DNA of 64,000 nucleotides from Selaginella moellendorffii (lineage: Eukaryota > Plantae > Lycopodiophyta), in NCBI RefSeq assembly GCF_000143415.4, contig NW_003314363.1, positions 434,001-498,000 of the forward strand, in the 5' to 3' direction. Made by a program: the position numbers and the translations under genes. Positions within the stretch are counted from its first letter, which is position 1. Each line of letters begins with the position of its first letter. The notes under the pieces were generated by a model. The model had not been told where the DNA came from. It made no database searches and saw only the letters and a list, made by a program, of their open reading frames with translations. Shown piece by piece: positions 25,650 to 38,503 of the stretch.

Positions 25650-26620
25650 AATGATGGAAGAAAATTAGGGTTTTTTTGTGGATGGGCTAGGATTTAGAAG
25701 AACATTAAGAGGTGACATCAATGAATTTGTAGATGGTGCTAGTTGTTCTTAATCCTTTTGCATGAAGTATTTTAGCTGTAGCATATGCACAATTTTTGGA
25801 AAATTGATTTATTAGATGTCTTACCAAAATTTATAAACTTGTGGTCTAACTTGCTGTAACACCTAATATGGTCCCTTCCACTGAGCAAGGAGCCCCTTAG
25901 ACAAACCACATACCATAAGATTAAGAAAATAAATTAATACTAAATCATCCATTTTATATTTCATAAGTGGACAATAATGGGAGTTGTAGTGCTATTGTTA
26001 TCCCACTTATATATGGCTTAGGTATTCAGTAGACTCTGCTCAGATAAGTGGAAGAATGGTCATCAAATACTAATCCCTAACATCGACAATTCATGATAAG
26101 CATGAAGGTAAACTCAACTCCATTAATAATATCAGATCATGATTATATAAGAGTTTATATGATGAAGCACTAACAAAACTTTGCACCTATGTGATATATG
26201 CATACCGAAGAGACAATAAGTAACCATCCCAATTTGAATGCTAAAAGTTCACATACTTTATAATCATCCCTTTGAAGGTTCAAATGAACCATTCCACCAA
26301 ATCATTTGATTGTGGATGATAATCACTCATGAAAGTGTGGTGTATCCTTAATCGAAATGTTAAGACATAAAATATTTCAACTATAAATGCGAGATCATTA
26401 TCTAAAAGAATTTGCTCCGAACAGGAATACTAAAACACCACTTGATTAAGAAGAAAGTATTTAATAGCAATGGCATACACACTTGCAAGAGCACCAACTT
26501 CCACATAGTGACTCAAGTAATTAAAAGTACTAATGACATACTCATTGCTAACAATTGACCGTGGAAAAAGTTCTATTAGATTAAATGCCACCAACTCAAA
26601 CAAATGAGAAATTGTAAGTC
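25650..26620 (-). mobile_element. Gypsy integrase relic, second copy
   Basis: ORF 26430-26642 LFELVAFNLIELFPRSIVSNEYVISTFNYLSHYVEVGAL; colinear with 11100-12070. Confidence 0.72.
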
Positions 26621-27364
26621 TTTTTATTAGCCGGAGATGCAATGTGATATTATTTGGTATCTATATAGTTGCATTTAGTGTTAATCTCATAATATTTCCC
26701 CTTATGCTGCAAAAGGATAGTTGCAATTTCATAGCTTCTTGGTCATACATACTTGTCTAAAATAGAAGAATTATAATAGTTATGGAGAAAACATGGAATA
26801 AAGATCAAAAGCACCACCAGTTATAAATGATCATCAAGATTTATCCTCACAAAATAAAGAAGACCATCCTCAAAACAATATTGAAAATATAAATGACAAA
26901 ATAACAAATCATCAATAAATGATGCAAGATTCTTAAACCTATTGCAAAACCTTCGAATTCTAGAAGCTAGACACTATCTTTTCTTGGCTAGAGAAAATTT
27001 TTAATAAATTTCTTGAATCCTGGTGTGAATAGATTAATGGCTGGAAATTGCATGTGCATTTGACTGAAAAGCCCATTGGGTCTTTATATCTTTATTAAGA
27101 TCACCATTACTCCCTTTGACTTTATACTTATGCCTTTTTTGGAAAAGCTTGCCATGCAATTGGCCATATAATAGAATATCCACTAGTGAAGTTAAATTGT
27201 TCACTTTTTAGGGCAGCAATTGTTTATGTGCTACACAAACTTAAGCACAGTTATATTCATTAAACCTTGATTACAAACGAATTAGAGAAAAGTAACCGTT
27301 TAAATAAACAAATATCCAAGAATATATCTGAATATTCTAGAAACTCGACATTTTCCTAGGGTTT

Positions 27365-30010
27365 ATGCCAATGATAGAGTTTCTTGAGGGCGCGATCGCG
27401 TCCCCGAGGTTCCCCACCGTCGCTGTCCCAGCGGCTGCTGTGAGCCAGGCATGGAGTCGTCTACGCGCGCCTGGCCAGGAGATCGGGATTATAGAAGAAT
27501 CGCTCCGGTTGCTGGCGGAGAACAAGAAATCCTTGCATGTCGGGGAAGCGCAGGTCAGATTCTTGCTTTCTATGCTCGCCGTGGCAAGGGATGCGAGTTA
27601 TCCCAGGATATTGGGCACGGTGTGGGCTTGGGCAGCGCTGGTGATCAGCGTTTGGGTCCGGCGGTCTCTTCTTAACTCAGTTTCCACTGCCAGCGCCAGT
27701 GTTGCCGCGACGCTGGACAGTGTGGCACGGACGTACTGCGAGATTTTGCAAGACGAGGCCGTGGGCTCGTGCTCTTGTTGCCAGTCGATCCTTTTGCTAG
27801 GGGCAGTGTGCGCTACGCGAGAATGCCGCGAGGAGACGAGGAGGAGATGCCAGGCAGCGATCGTCGAAGAGCTTGGCAAAAGGAAGGAGAGAATTGCCAC
27901 ATCTTCGTCACTGCCGGAGGCCCTGGCTGGTGTTGGCTATGCGGTGATGGGCTCCTGGGAGGATTATAGTTCCGTGCCTTCTATCATGACAGGGAGCTTG
28001 ATTTTTCTCTGGACGATGCCGGTGGATCGTGAGAGTTTGGAAGATGGAGGTGGCGAGAGAAAAGATTTCCAGCCACGGCCGTCTTTAGATTCTTGCGCCA
28101 TGCTCTCGAAGCTATACGAGTTTTTAGGAGCTTGGGCGAGAGAGCAGCGGGTTTTGGAAGCTTTATGCGAACCATTGGTGAGCCGTGATTCTGGAGCTCT
28201 GCCGGAGGTCAGGAATGCGAAGGTGGCGATAGCAGCAGGCTTGCTCCGTGGATCCAGATGGCAGCCAAGCTTGCTTCCCCTGAAGAAGAGCTTGGAGTCT
28301 ATGATAGTAGCTCTAGCAAGTCAGCTGCTACAAGAGATTTGCGAGAGTGGCCGACTTACTCGCGAGCAGCTACTGCGATGCATTGAAGAGCACCGATCTT
28401 TGCCGATTTCGGACACCCAGCGGCACCAGCTGAGATGCATTGCGTTGTCGATGGTGAGTGGCAGGAAGTTTGAGGAGGCACAGCCGGAGCTTCTGCATTG
28501 TCTGGTGATCGTTCTTCTGGGAGACGTCCTCGACATCTCGCAGATTTATTCGCCACAGTCGTTGAGCATCCCCAAAATGGTCGCTGCTTTAGAGGCGCTC
28601 AAGACGCAGGCTGGCGGAGTTTTGTTCAGAGAGGTTGGATCGCTAGCACGCGCAGTTTGCGAGCATTATCGAGGAGTTAGCAGCTTTTACCAGCAGCAGA
28701 TCGAGGCTCTCTTCTGGAAGTACTCGTCGAAGCTGTACGAGAGGCACAGAGTCTTCTCAGCGGTGTTCTCCAAAGACCAGGTGCTCAAGGATGAAATGCA
28801 GAAGAGCAAAGACTTGGTCAAGGCTTTGGAGGCAGTGTTCCTGACGATAGTGCTGTTTTTCTCGAGCTCTGTGGATATGTTGCATGAGCGGGAAGAGCTG
28901 GCGGCCTATGTTCTGGATTCTTTCTCCTGCGTGGAGTTCCTCAGGCGTTTCCAAGTCGATGAGTACACCGACACTGTAAAGAAGTGTGCTCTGCTGGTTT
29001 CCGGAAGCCACAGAGCTTCATCGCAGCTTGTCGAGTTGCTCCCTTCGTACGAGCGTGTAATCTCCTGGCCTGGTACGTACCTCTACTTCCTTTCTTCGTT
29101 ATTGTTTTTTTTTCTTATGTGCTTTTTCATGCAAAGACTTGTGCAGGTAGTTCTATTCTCGAGAATCCAGATTATAGCTGGTGTCTTGACGATGTCCAGA
29201 CCAGTCGGATCCAGTTCCACTTTCGGATCCTCCCTTCGTGCGTGCAGCAGCTGGACGATAATAGCGTTGAGAGCGGCGTCGTGCCAATTCTTTTCCTGTG
29301 AGTTTGATTTTCCTGACGTTTTTTCGCTTAACTCGGAAATTTCTCAGGTATGTTTGCCATCCATCGAAACAAGCAGCGGAAGCAGCCCACCAGTTATTCG
29401 CAAGCTTTTTGTCCCGGAGGGCAGATTCAGCACGCGAAGGATCTCTGGCGGAGCAGCTTGGAGTGTTTTATATCAACAGAGCAATGGAGGTATTTTCTTT
29501 GCTCTTCCTATTTTTTCTTCTGACGCTTGAGTTGTACAGGGATATCCAGACTTCACTCCACTGGAAGGACTCGTCGCTGGAGTAGTGGAGATCGTCCGTT
29601 GCTTGCCCGCTGGAAGCGTAACCATCCGCCATTGTATCGATCAACTCGTCTCCAAAACGCAACTCTTGATTGGCCTCCTCGGCGCTGGAGCTGCTAGCGA
29701 CGAAGCCGTGGCTGCTATTCGAGCTCTGCTTCTTCACCTCCTCCTCATCGTCGACATACAGGTTCTCTTCTAAGTTTTCCAGTGCTTGACGAAGTTTCTT
29801 CAATCGCTCTTCCAGGTTCTTCCACACTTGATGCAGAAGCTCTCCAAGCTCATACTAGCGTCTCTTCCATCACCAGCCGCCCAAGAAAAAGCTTTGGAGG
29901 AAGTGTTTGCTGTTGTCTCGACTTGCGAAGATCACATACGCAAGCCAGCTTTAGTGGCGTGGCTCCAGTCCTTGTGGTTCTTACATTCACAAGCTTCCCC
30001 TAGGCTGTAA
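27365..30010 (+). CDS. Conserved uncharacterised plant helical protein (At1g73970-like), multi-exon
   Basis: N-terminal SQAWSRLR...SLHVGEAQVRFLLSML, central LDSFSCVEFLRR and RIQFHFRILP, C-terminal CEDHIRKPALVAWLQSL resemble At1g73970 as I recall it. Long first exon followed by short GT-AG introns. Confidence 0.8.
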
Positions 30011-30015
30011 TCAAA

Positions 30016-30200
30016 TCACCTTTTGGTGGGATGTGGACGAGCATTAGATCGACGAAGTAGCGATGTGCCAGCCCTCCATTGCTGCAGCAGTGATCGTAGC
30101 GCCAGGAAAAGGTCATGTCGTAGGCATCCACAAACCTTGGATAGAGCAGGATCGTGGAGACGGGCAAGAGGATGACTCGGGGTCGCAACATCAACTCCAG
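30016..30200 (-). pseudogene. Internally deleted mini-copy of the SGNH-like gene at 57320-58963
   Basis: VILLPVSTILLY is joined directly to RFVDAYDMTFSWRYDHCCSNGG-LAHRYFVDLMLVHI; nucleotide matches to ~58890-58930 and ~57345-57495. Confidence 0.85.
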
Positions 30201-31287
30201 TGGCCGGAATCTCAAGCATCTTGTCCAAAAACCATGATAATTCTTTAAAAGGATAAAGGCTACGTGGAGGGAGGCATATTTCGGGATGATTGCGGCTTGT
30301 CCACAGACTTCCTTGTATAGAGTCCGACTTATTAGCTGCGTTGTTCCCTGGAACCCAATAGTTGGGCATAAGTGATACCCTGCGTGGGCTCTCATGACCT
30401 TTATAAAGAGGAGAAGGTTGATGAATGGCGGCCCAGAATAAATTGCACAGGATCGTGGTTACATACGGGAGCACGGAGAAATGCAATCTGTAAAAGCGTA
30501 AAGAAGTCGTTGCGTGCAACAAGATCCCAACGAAACTTGCATTACATTACAACGTAACCAAAACTTTCAAACTACACTGAATAATTCTGCTAAGTCGAGA
30601 AATAAGACGCACGATTACACTTTAGAATCCATTTCATAAATTTTCGAGAGCCTGCAGCAAGTCAGACTCAAAGATTTCACCTCTCTCGCTAACTCCAAGT
30701 AGGTGACCTGCTGATAAGCTGAAAGAAAAAAAAAAGTAAATAAAGACTTTTGTGCGCGCTTCGCTTCGCTGCTGGCGGTGGTTAGCGGGACGCGAGTTTT
30801 TCATGGTGGAGATGCTCTCGTCCCTGGGTAAGTTCCCAAGCTCTCTCACTTTCCATGAAAACTCCTCTCTTCATCCATCCTGTTGAAAGAGATCTCTTCG
30901 TTTTAAAACCTGTCCCTGGAGATGTCTGGATTGCGTGATCGCAATTGAAATGTTTGTTCTTCTTACAAGTTGCTAGCCAAAAGTCTTACTTTCTCCCAGC
31001 AGTAGCAGCATCGATGCCCGGCCGCCACCACCACCGCCGCCGTCGCCACCACGGATAAAAAGATTGGTTAGGGTGTTCTCGGCAATTCGATGGTAGAGCC
31101 TACGATTCTCAGGTGGATCTAATTTACTTCCAACCAAATGTTCTTCAGCTGGAAAAGGGATTTGAGTTGACAGTGTGTAAAGGGAAGAGTGTGATTGCGC
31201 TTTGGTTCGGTGAGCATTTCTGTATTTTTGTTGGCGCCTCTGTCCTGGCAACACGATTGATTGTCTTCTCCATACAGAAGAAACTAA

Positions 31288-32494
31288 ATGAAGGCCCTAC
31301 TTCGCTCAAGGTACGTGTTGTTGAATTTCTTTCCTTTTATCTCTAATTATTTTCTTCCCTTTGTCGGTGGAAGACCTGGGGAAGCTTACTATTGGAACTT
31401 CAGATGCATATACTATCTTGGTTACCAGTTGAAGACATAGTGCGGCTGCATTTGGTTTGCAAACAATGGGCTTCCCTGTTACATGATCCACAGTTCAAAG
31501 CATTATGGGCCCGAAACAGCCGACATACATTCTTATTGCTGCAGCAAGGAACTCACACACAACTTTTAAAACAGCGAACTCGCTACTACAGGACGATTCA
31601 CCTCAGGGTTGGAACTCTTGGCTTACACCGGAAGGTTCAGAACTATTCTTGTCGTATGCATCATCAACGAGACATCCGAGACACGTTTCTTAGTTGGGAA
31701 CCCGCTAACGCACCAATGGGTGACGACCGTACCTCCACTTAAATCTTCAGTACAGTGTCGACGGTCGTTCATGCTGATCCCGTACATGAGTGAAGGTTCG
31801 ATGTTCTTCAGGATTGCCATTGATCCCTATTTATTCGACTCCAGAGTGGGGATTTGGACACTTCCTTCCTATCAAACCATCTGGACGTACATGCTCGAAA
31901 TTGGCGGTGAGATTGGGTTACTCGCTGCAACGAGGTGGTTTTGGTGCTGGACAGGACGAGTGGTAAAGAATGGAGCTGGAGGAAAGTCTCAACATTACCC
32001 AAACACTTGCACAACTTCGTGTCTTTGTTTGACAGCAGGATATGCTGTACAAATGGCAATCTTACGTTTTAAGCGTAGGGATGCAGGTTGTCGTATTTGA
32101 TTCCCAACGCATGACATGGGAGCTGGTTGGGAAACGTTTGTTGTGTACAATGGAGCTGCTTGTTTGGGTGCCCGACTTCGCAGCCGTCCCAAATGTTAAC
32201 ACGCCCAGCAAGAAGTTGAAGCAAAGTTGTGCCAGCAAGTATTCAGAGGCCAGCTTTGGTATTAGACCTGCGGCCTGTGGAACGTTTGCAGGTGAAGAGA
32301 AGAGTTTTCTGTATATATGTGTGCTTATTGATTTCTACTTGTTGAATTTTCTAGAGGTGGAGGCTGTTTCAAAGCGTGGGATGACATGGCAACAGATTGG
32401 AGAGCTCGCCGTTGATCGGAACAAAGGTAACCGTAGCATTTACATGTGTGTGATTTCCTTGTTGACAAAGTGTTTGGGCAGGGGGTATATTTAA
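31288..32494 (+). pseudogene. F-box gene copy C, frameshifted and internally deleted
   Basis: Pieces occur in different frames (MHILSWLPVEDIV; FLVGNPLTHQW; VWVPDFAAVPNVN), with a deletion between QTIWT and YMLEIGG. Confidence 0.88.
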
Positions 32495-33876
32495 GCTACA
32501 TTTGATTGCTTAAATGTGTAAACCGTTACTTCGAGGTTACTTATTTCATTGAGCTCTTGTTTTGTGATGGTTGCAAGCTGGAGGTGATTAACTTCTGAAT
32601 CTCAAGACGATTCCATCCGGCTAATCGATCATACCATGAAAGAATCAGTACAAGGAAAAGTGAAAGAAACACAAAAGAAATAGAGAGAAGAAATTATAGG
32701 AAACCTTAATATATACAAATAATGTTAGCTAAAATAAAGCTAAATTGAGCATAGAAACTCTGTGATATGTGTCAAATGCCCAAGCTTGCACTCAAATTTT
32801 TTGAGTCTTTTTGATCTAGTAAATGAAAATATCATGCTTGTAACAATAATATGCTGCTAATGATAAAGGTTATATAGATGAATTAATGTGAAAAATATTA
32901 AAACATCATTATAGTACTTATATGATCATACTAGTTCATCATTACATAAATTAATTATTTTCTCATTATTGATCCATGCTTTGATGTCTATACTTGCAAT
33001 TAAATTCTGGTTTACAAAAATTAGAAGGTTATCAAGAAGCCAATTAGGATATAGCCCATCATTATCTCGATGTATTTTTATTTCACATAACTTTTCATTT
33101 TGTAAAGGACATTCTCTAGTATAATAAAAGAAATCACTATGACATGTTTCAAAATTATTAGAATCATCATCAATATCTATAAATTTTAGTATTGTTCCAG
33201 AAGAAAATATAAGTGAAATATCAATATTTGCATCTGTTCCTGCATTATTCTCACAACCAGTTTTTATGCCTAGCCCATATTTACACTAATAAAAAATCCA
33301 TATTAATAACTAAAATTTTAAAACTTCTCACTCACCTGTAAAAATGCATAGCTATATGAAGCAATAAATAGAAATAAAGAAACTGCTATACAATATTTAG
33401 CCATATAAGGTATAGTAATGTCCCAAATTAATGTATAGTATTTCAATTTAGACAGCATTTATTTGAGGCATAACTTGAGGCATCGGGTTTTGTCGTATAG
33501 TGGTTATTGTCCAGTTATATGCACCTAGAGAGCTTGCCATATGTTAAGACTCGAGTTGGATCATTTGAAGTTACCACAGTGCCACTACCACTGAATAAGA
33601 CTAGATAAATGTATTTTAGAATTAAAATAGAATACTAGGGTATGTTAATTATTTATTTGTTTATAAACACCTTTCACATTTTTCTTAAAACCACCAGCCT
33701 CAGGTCTATCGGACAGAGGTTGAATGTTTATTATTATAGATAAACATGTTTATAATTTATTAAATTTATAATCAAAGTAATTATAATGGCTTGTTTTTCG
33801 TAGAATACGTTTTTCTTTTACACAGGACGTTAAATTTAATATCAATTTCCATACAGTCACACACCCGCTTCTTTGT

Positions 33877-35422
33877 TTAAATTGGCATTCTTTTACCAAG
33901 GCACAGCTCCAGCAAGGGACACAGCGAGCACTTCAATGCATATGCGGTGGAGTCTTTTTGCATCACATATCCTGCTTTGAAATATAAACCTTACAATTGT
34001 AAAACGAAAGAAAAGAAGAAATTTACCCAGCCATGTTGTGAGTAATCCCGTGACTGTCCCAAAAACTGTACCACTCAAAGCACGAGCTCTGCAACCAACC
34101 AAGAAAGACATCACGAGAAGCGTTAACGAAAAGAGAAAAGAAAGAGAGCAAACTTCTCACATCCAAAGCGTTAGAAGTAGTCCCCAACCTTGAAACAAAG
34201 TCCCCCAAGCCGCACCTGTGAACCTGGAAATCAAACGAAAACTCCGCAAGAGAGAATAAAAAACAGAACGAATAGCGAATGCTAACCACATGAGATCTCT
34301 GGTGAATAGAGCCCGAGGGACGAGAAGTCCATTGCCAATCATGGCCAGCAGAATTGTTAAGGGTGACAAGCCCTTGATGTTCTCGGGGTCGATAAAATTC
34401 TGGAACTGCATAGTTCATCAAAAAGCCTGTCAATACTCCAGAGATGTGTTTTACATTTTACAGTACCATTTGAGCCACCGGCGTCCACATGAAGAGCAAG
34501 GTTGCAGTCCATGCCGAAAGAGCAACCAAGAAGTCTGACCATTTCTGAGGCAAGAAACCGATAGCATCCTGCAGAATGGAAGACATTGAAATTATTGCAG
34601 ATAAGCTTCGTGTTACCATTGCCACTAAAGTGAGTGTTGCGATACCAGTTATCACGGCTGGAAGAATGGTGTGTGGAATGTGAGGTTCGAACGTAGACCA
34701 CATCACCTGTAACAGCATTATCAAGCAAAAAAAAGAAAAAAAAAGAAAAAAAACAAGAGCAAGAGTACCTGCAAGAGAACGGTCGCGCCACCAACACTGA
34801 TCACTGCTTCCCAGATCTTCCACAACCATTCACGTAGAAGTAGCAGGTAGTTTAAAAGGTTGAGCAGCAAACCAAAGGCCACTGCGATCACTGTTCCAGC
34901 CAAAGCCAGGGAAGGCATTGCGCCTGCTATTCCAAGTTGGATCAAAACCACCAAAGTCGTAAGCACGCCAACCGCTTGAACAGCCATGGCACCTCGCTCA
35001 CGTCGTCCAGCAAAATATGAAAGTAGCGAGAGATTTCCCAGCAAGCTCGTCAATTGTCCCTGCAAGAAATACTGTATCTCAGTACCTGTAAGAGACTTTA
35101 CGTCCGAGGCTACCATCCATTGCACTGCTGACAATGCTTCGTAGTTCCCAGCAATCAAGTTCCGAGCGTTGAGAATGATCTGAGGGAGTTGCAGAAAAAG
35201 AAACGGTAACGTTGCAAACTCTGCAAGATGGATCGTAGTAGAGTTCCAACTGAGGAGTAAAAGGCTCTGGCGATCGTCCTCTTCTCCATCATCGCCATCC
35301 TGCACGAGGGTAACAGTTACTCCCTGCAAAGATGCAGATGAAAAAACAATCACCTCAAGCTCGCGATAGCTATTGCTGTTGGAAGAGCTTGCCATCAGGA
35401 AACTTCGAGGTACAACTTGCAT
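33877..35422 (-). CDS. MEX1: Maltose exporter MEX1/RCP1-family membrane protein; 5' end uncertain
   Basis: PFLFLQLPQIILNARNLIAGN, LLGNLSLLSYFA, WTATLLFMWTPVAQM, NFIDPENIKGLS, MIGNGLLVPRALFTRDLMWFTG. The spliced C-terminus reads GYVMQKDSTAY...LLELCLGKRMPI*. Confidence 0.92.
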
Positions 35423-35740
35423 TGATAGACGAGCTTCTGTGCTAAAAGCAAAAAGTTGAAAAAAAGAAAGAAAGTTGGTTAGCAAACGCCGCGTTTGTGA
35501 TACAATCACGAGAATTGAATTGGCATTCATCTTTTGTGCGGGAAAAGTGTCACCCGAGTCCGTGCAGCAGCAGCAGCAGCAGCAGAACCACCACTTCAGC
35601 CGGCACCAAAGTCTACACCTTGGCATTGCACAATCTGTACTGTACAAGTACAAGGTTGCCAGCCGTCTCAGTCAAATCAGATCCTGCCATGAAGAAACAA
35701 AAATGAGCAAGGAAAACTGAACGCGAAAAGACACCTTACC

Positions 35741-38503
35741 TTAGTTCTGTTGCACAGTTTCTCGGCCTGTTGCCGGCACTAAGTTGCTGTCGTCCCGATC
35801 TTGCATAAAACATGGATTTTCTGTCGTGCTGAAGCCGGCACTCGTCAAAGGTACCGTCTTCCTCTTCCTAGAGTGAGACGATGAGTGACTTGAATTACTG
35901 CCGCACCCAGCCCCGGCGCCGCCGTCAGAGTTCGTCTTGACACACTCCAAGCTCTGCTGGTGATTGTGATGGCCATTCAGCTGCGAACTTGCAGGAGAAG
36001 GTCGATGAGGAGACTCGTAAGTCGCTGGGCTTTGTGTGACAGAGTGGACGTCCCCCAGATCAGCATCTTCATGTAGCAAAGTCAATGAATTCTGCCAGCC
36101 GTGGTCGTATAAGAGGTTGGAATGCAGCTCAATGTTTAGAGCTCTTCTCTTGGAACGTCCAAAAGCACGAGTACTGTCCTTGTTGAACTCGGCAGCTTCA
36201 CCGGCCCGTGAATGGTCGAAACTGGAAGCCTGCTGGGAGAAGGACCGCACTTGGTTAATCTCTCTGGACCCATCGTCACGATCATCTTCAGTTCTCGCCG
36301 CTGATCCTGATGTCTGTCTCTTTCTTTTGTTACGTCTGCGAGATCTTTCTTTCAGCCTCCTGCTACTCGGCATAATGAGCATCGACGGACTTCCCCGAGA
36401 CTGCGGTGAGCTACTGCTTTCAATCTCCACGGCTTTAGTTCGAACTAGAGCTGAGCTAGGCTGCACCTCTGCTTTCGTAGACTCTTGATATTCCAAAATC
36501 GTTCCACCCGAGCTGAGAGGCGAATCGAGTGCAGCCAGGCCGCATGCCGTAAATATACTCAGCAAGGCGTAGTGACGAAAGCCGATCACGAGCAGAACGA
36601 ATATTGGATAGACCAAAGCTGCTGGAGTCCTGCTTGTTGTGAAGATGACCAATGCGCAAACCATCTGGGTTGTGCAGTAGATCCTTCTTTGACAGAGCGA
36701 AGACCGATTACGACTGTCAGAAACAGTAAAAAACACTTTGAGCCTCTTGATAGCCTTTAGTTCTTTCAAACACGAGTATGCCATCTGGAGATCACAAACA
36801 AGCGCGTAAAAAGAAGAAAAAATAGCACGAAACATGCCTACCTCGAGAAACATCCCCGCAATCACTCCAAGTGGAATTTTTTCTAGTAAAAGATCGATCC
36901 CAGGGACAAACGGTATCCCACACAGCATAGAAACGATCACCACAGAGATGCGCTGCGACTTGATGACCTCTTTAGACTTTTGCTGGCCTTCTTCATCACG
37001 AACGTTGACGTGAAAAATTAAAGCACGCTTGTGGGCAATACTCTGTACTAAAAGCAGAATAGCATGTGTGGTTTCTGATGATAAACGAGGAAAGAAAAGG
37101 CTACATACCTGTGCAGAAAGACCATAGCAGAAAGGAATCCCAAAAATACTGCAGGAGCAAACAAGCACGGCTATAATGAAGAGGTCCCAACTCCCTGGCG
37201 TCTTTTCCGGAAGAACGTAGCCATTTGCATGCTGCCAGGGGCAAAACACGCTTTACCAAAGCGAACAGACGTAACAGAGGCTCACCTTTAACACCACGGA
37301 ACCCGCGTTGTGATCTACAAAGATCATGCAAGCCAGGAGAGCTCCTGGGATGAATGCGAGAAGAATAGCCCACATTGGAACACTCTTCAGCCGGACTAGA
37401 GTTCCTAGCTTTGTAAGATTGTCGGTCCGACAGAGAAAGTCCGGCATGTCCACTCGCTCGAATTGAATGTGCTGAAACTTTGGGAGGAGTGGAAGAACTA
37501 CAACCAACGGAGCAACGAAATGAGTGAGTGAGAAATTGAAAGGAAAAAGAAACAAAAATTACATACCTGTGAAGACGAGAAATGTTAAAGCGGGACCATA
37601 ATTCTGGATGAGCTCACGAGCTTGTCCATTGAGGCACCGCCAGGATTGAGCTCCACTCAGTACCACCGCCAAGACGAGAGTACAGGTAGCAAGCCAGAGT
37701 GAGAGTATCGAAGCCTCCAGTGAGTGAGCAGCAGAAAAGAACCGAACTATCTCCGTAACCCCGATCCAGAGCAGGCTGAACCCGATGAAAAGCCTCAGAA
37801 TCTCCCAACTAAAAAATGTAAGATGTGCTGTGAGCCGACAAGCACCGCTGGTAGCGAGGAAGAACAGCAGCAATGCGCACCACAGTCCGATCCAGGCCAG
37901 CCAGGGAAGAAAATCTAGCGAAAGTCGCTCCGCAGTCCGAGAAGCAGCGACCATGAAAATTATCGATGGAACACTCACTCCGACGACCATCAGTGGCTGC
38001 GTACCAAGGATACCCACAGCCAGTCCGCAGAAACATGTCGAGACGAGAACTTCCGTGATGCCGAGACTGCCATGAGTTTCCACTTGCAGCCAGCTCCCAA
38101 ACGCGATAGCCGGCAGCAAGCTCGTCCAGAAGATTAAATGCGACGCGAAGATGATCCGGAAGTCGAGACCTCTCGTCCACTGGGTCGCATAAGCAAAGGC
38201 AAAGTTCTTCAGTTTCTTGCAAACAGATCGATCAGCCGGATGCTGGTGATCGCTGTCCAAGCGAAGAATGCTGATAAGCTGTCCCCGGCTGCCACAATGC
38301 TGCTCCACAAACGGTTTTCTCTTCACATCGATTTTTTCCCTGCTCGCTGCTGCAGCGCTTGGGTCGAGAGGACCGGACTTGCCGCTTGCCAAAGTATGGT
38401 AAATGACTTTCTTGCAAAGCTTGATATCGTTGCCTGCTCCTGTTCCCCCCAGCTCCTCAGTAGTCTCGATTTCTGTCGCTGCTACGGTAGCCATGGCTCC
38501 CAC
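35741..38503 (-). CDS. Highly divergent SLC4/BOR-like anion (borate/bicarbonate) transporter with a long disordered C-tail; possible extra 5' exons up to ~39076
   Basis: YATQWTRG..FRI, LPAIAFG, GTQPLMVVGV, IFVDHN, WDLFII, SQRIS and KIPLGVIAGMFL align with the HCO3_cotransp/BOR1 layout; many hydrophobic helices; four introns. Confidence 0.82.

Larger units (their letters stand above)
15533..26615. repeat. Segmental duplication, copy 2 (interrupted by the copia element)
   Basis: Begins in a copy of the last ABC1K exon (ccttccatcgactggcggtgggcatgagctacac) and stays colinear with 4200-12070. Confidence 0.9.

Noticed and set aside
30600-31260. Short minus-strand ORFs with splice-like signals
   Set aside because: No motif or consistent gene model could be supported.
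33484-33565. A-box-like gtcgtatagtggtta suggesting a tRNA or SINE relic
   Set aside because: No B box or cloverleaf could be built.
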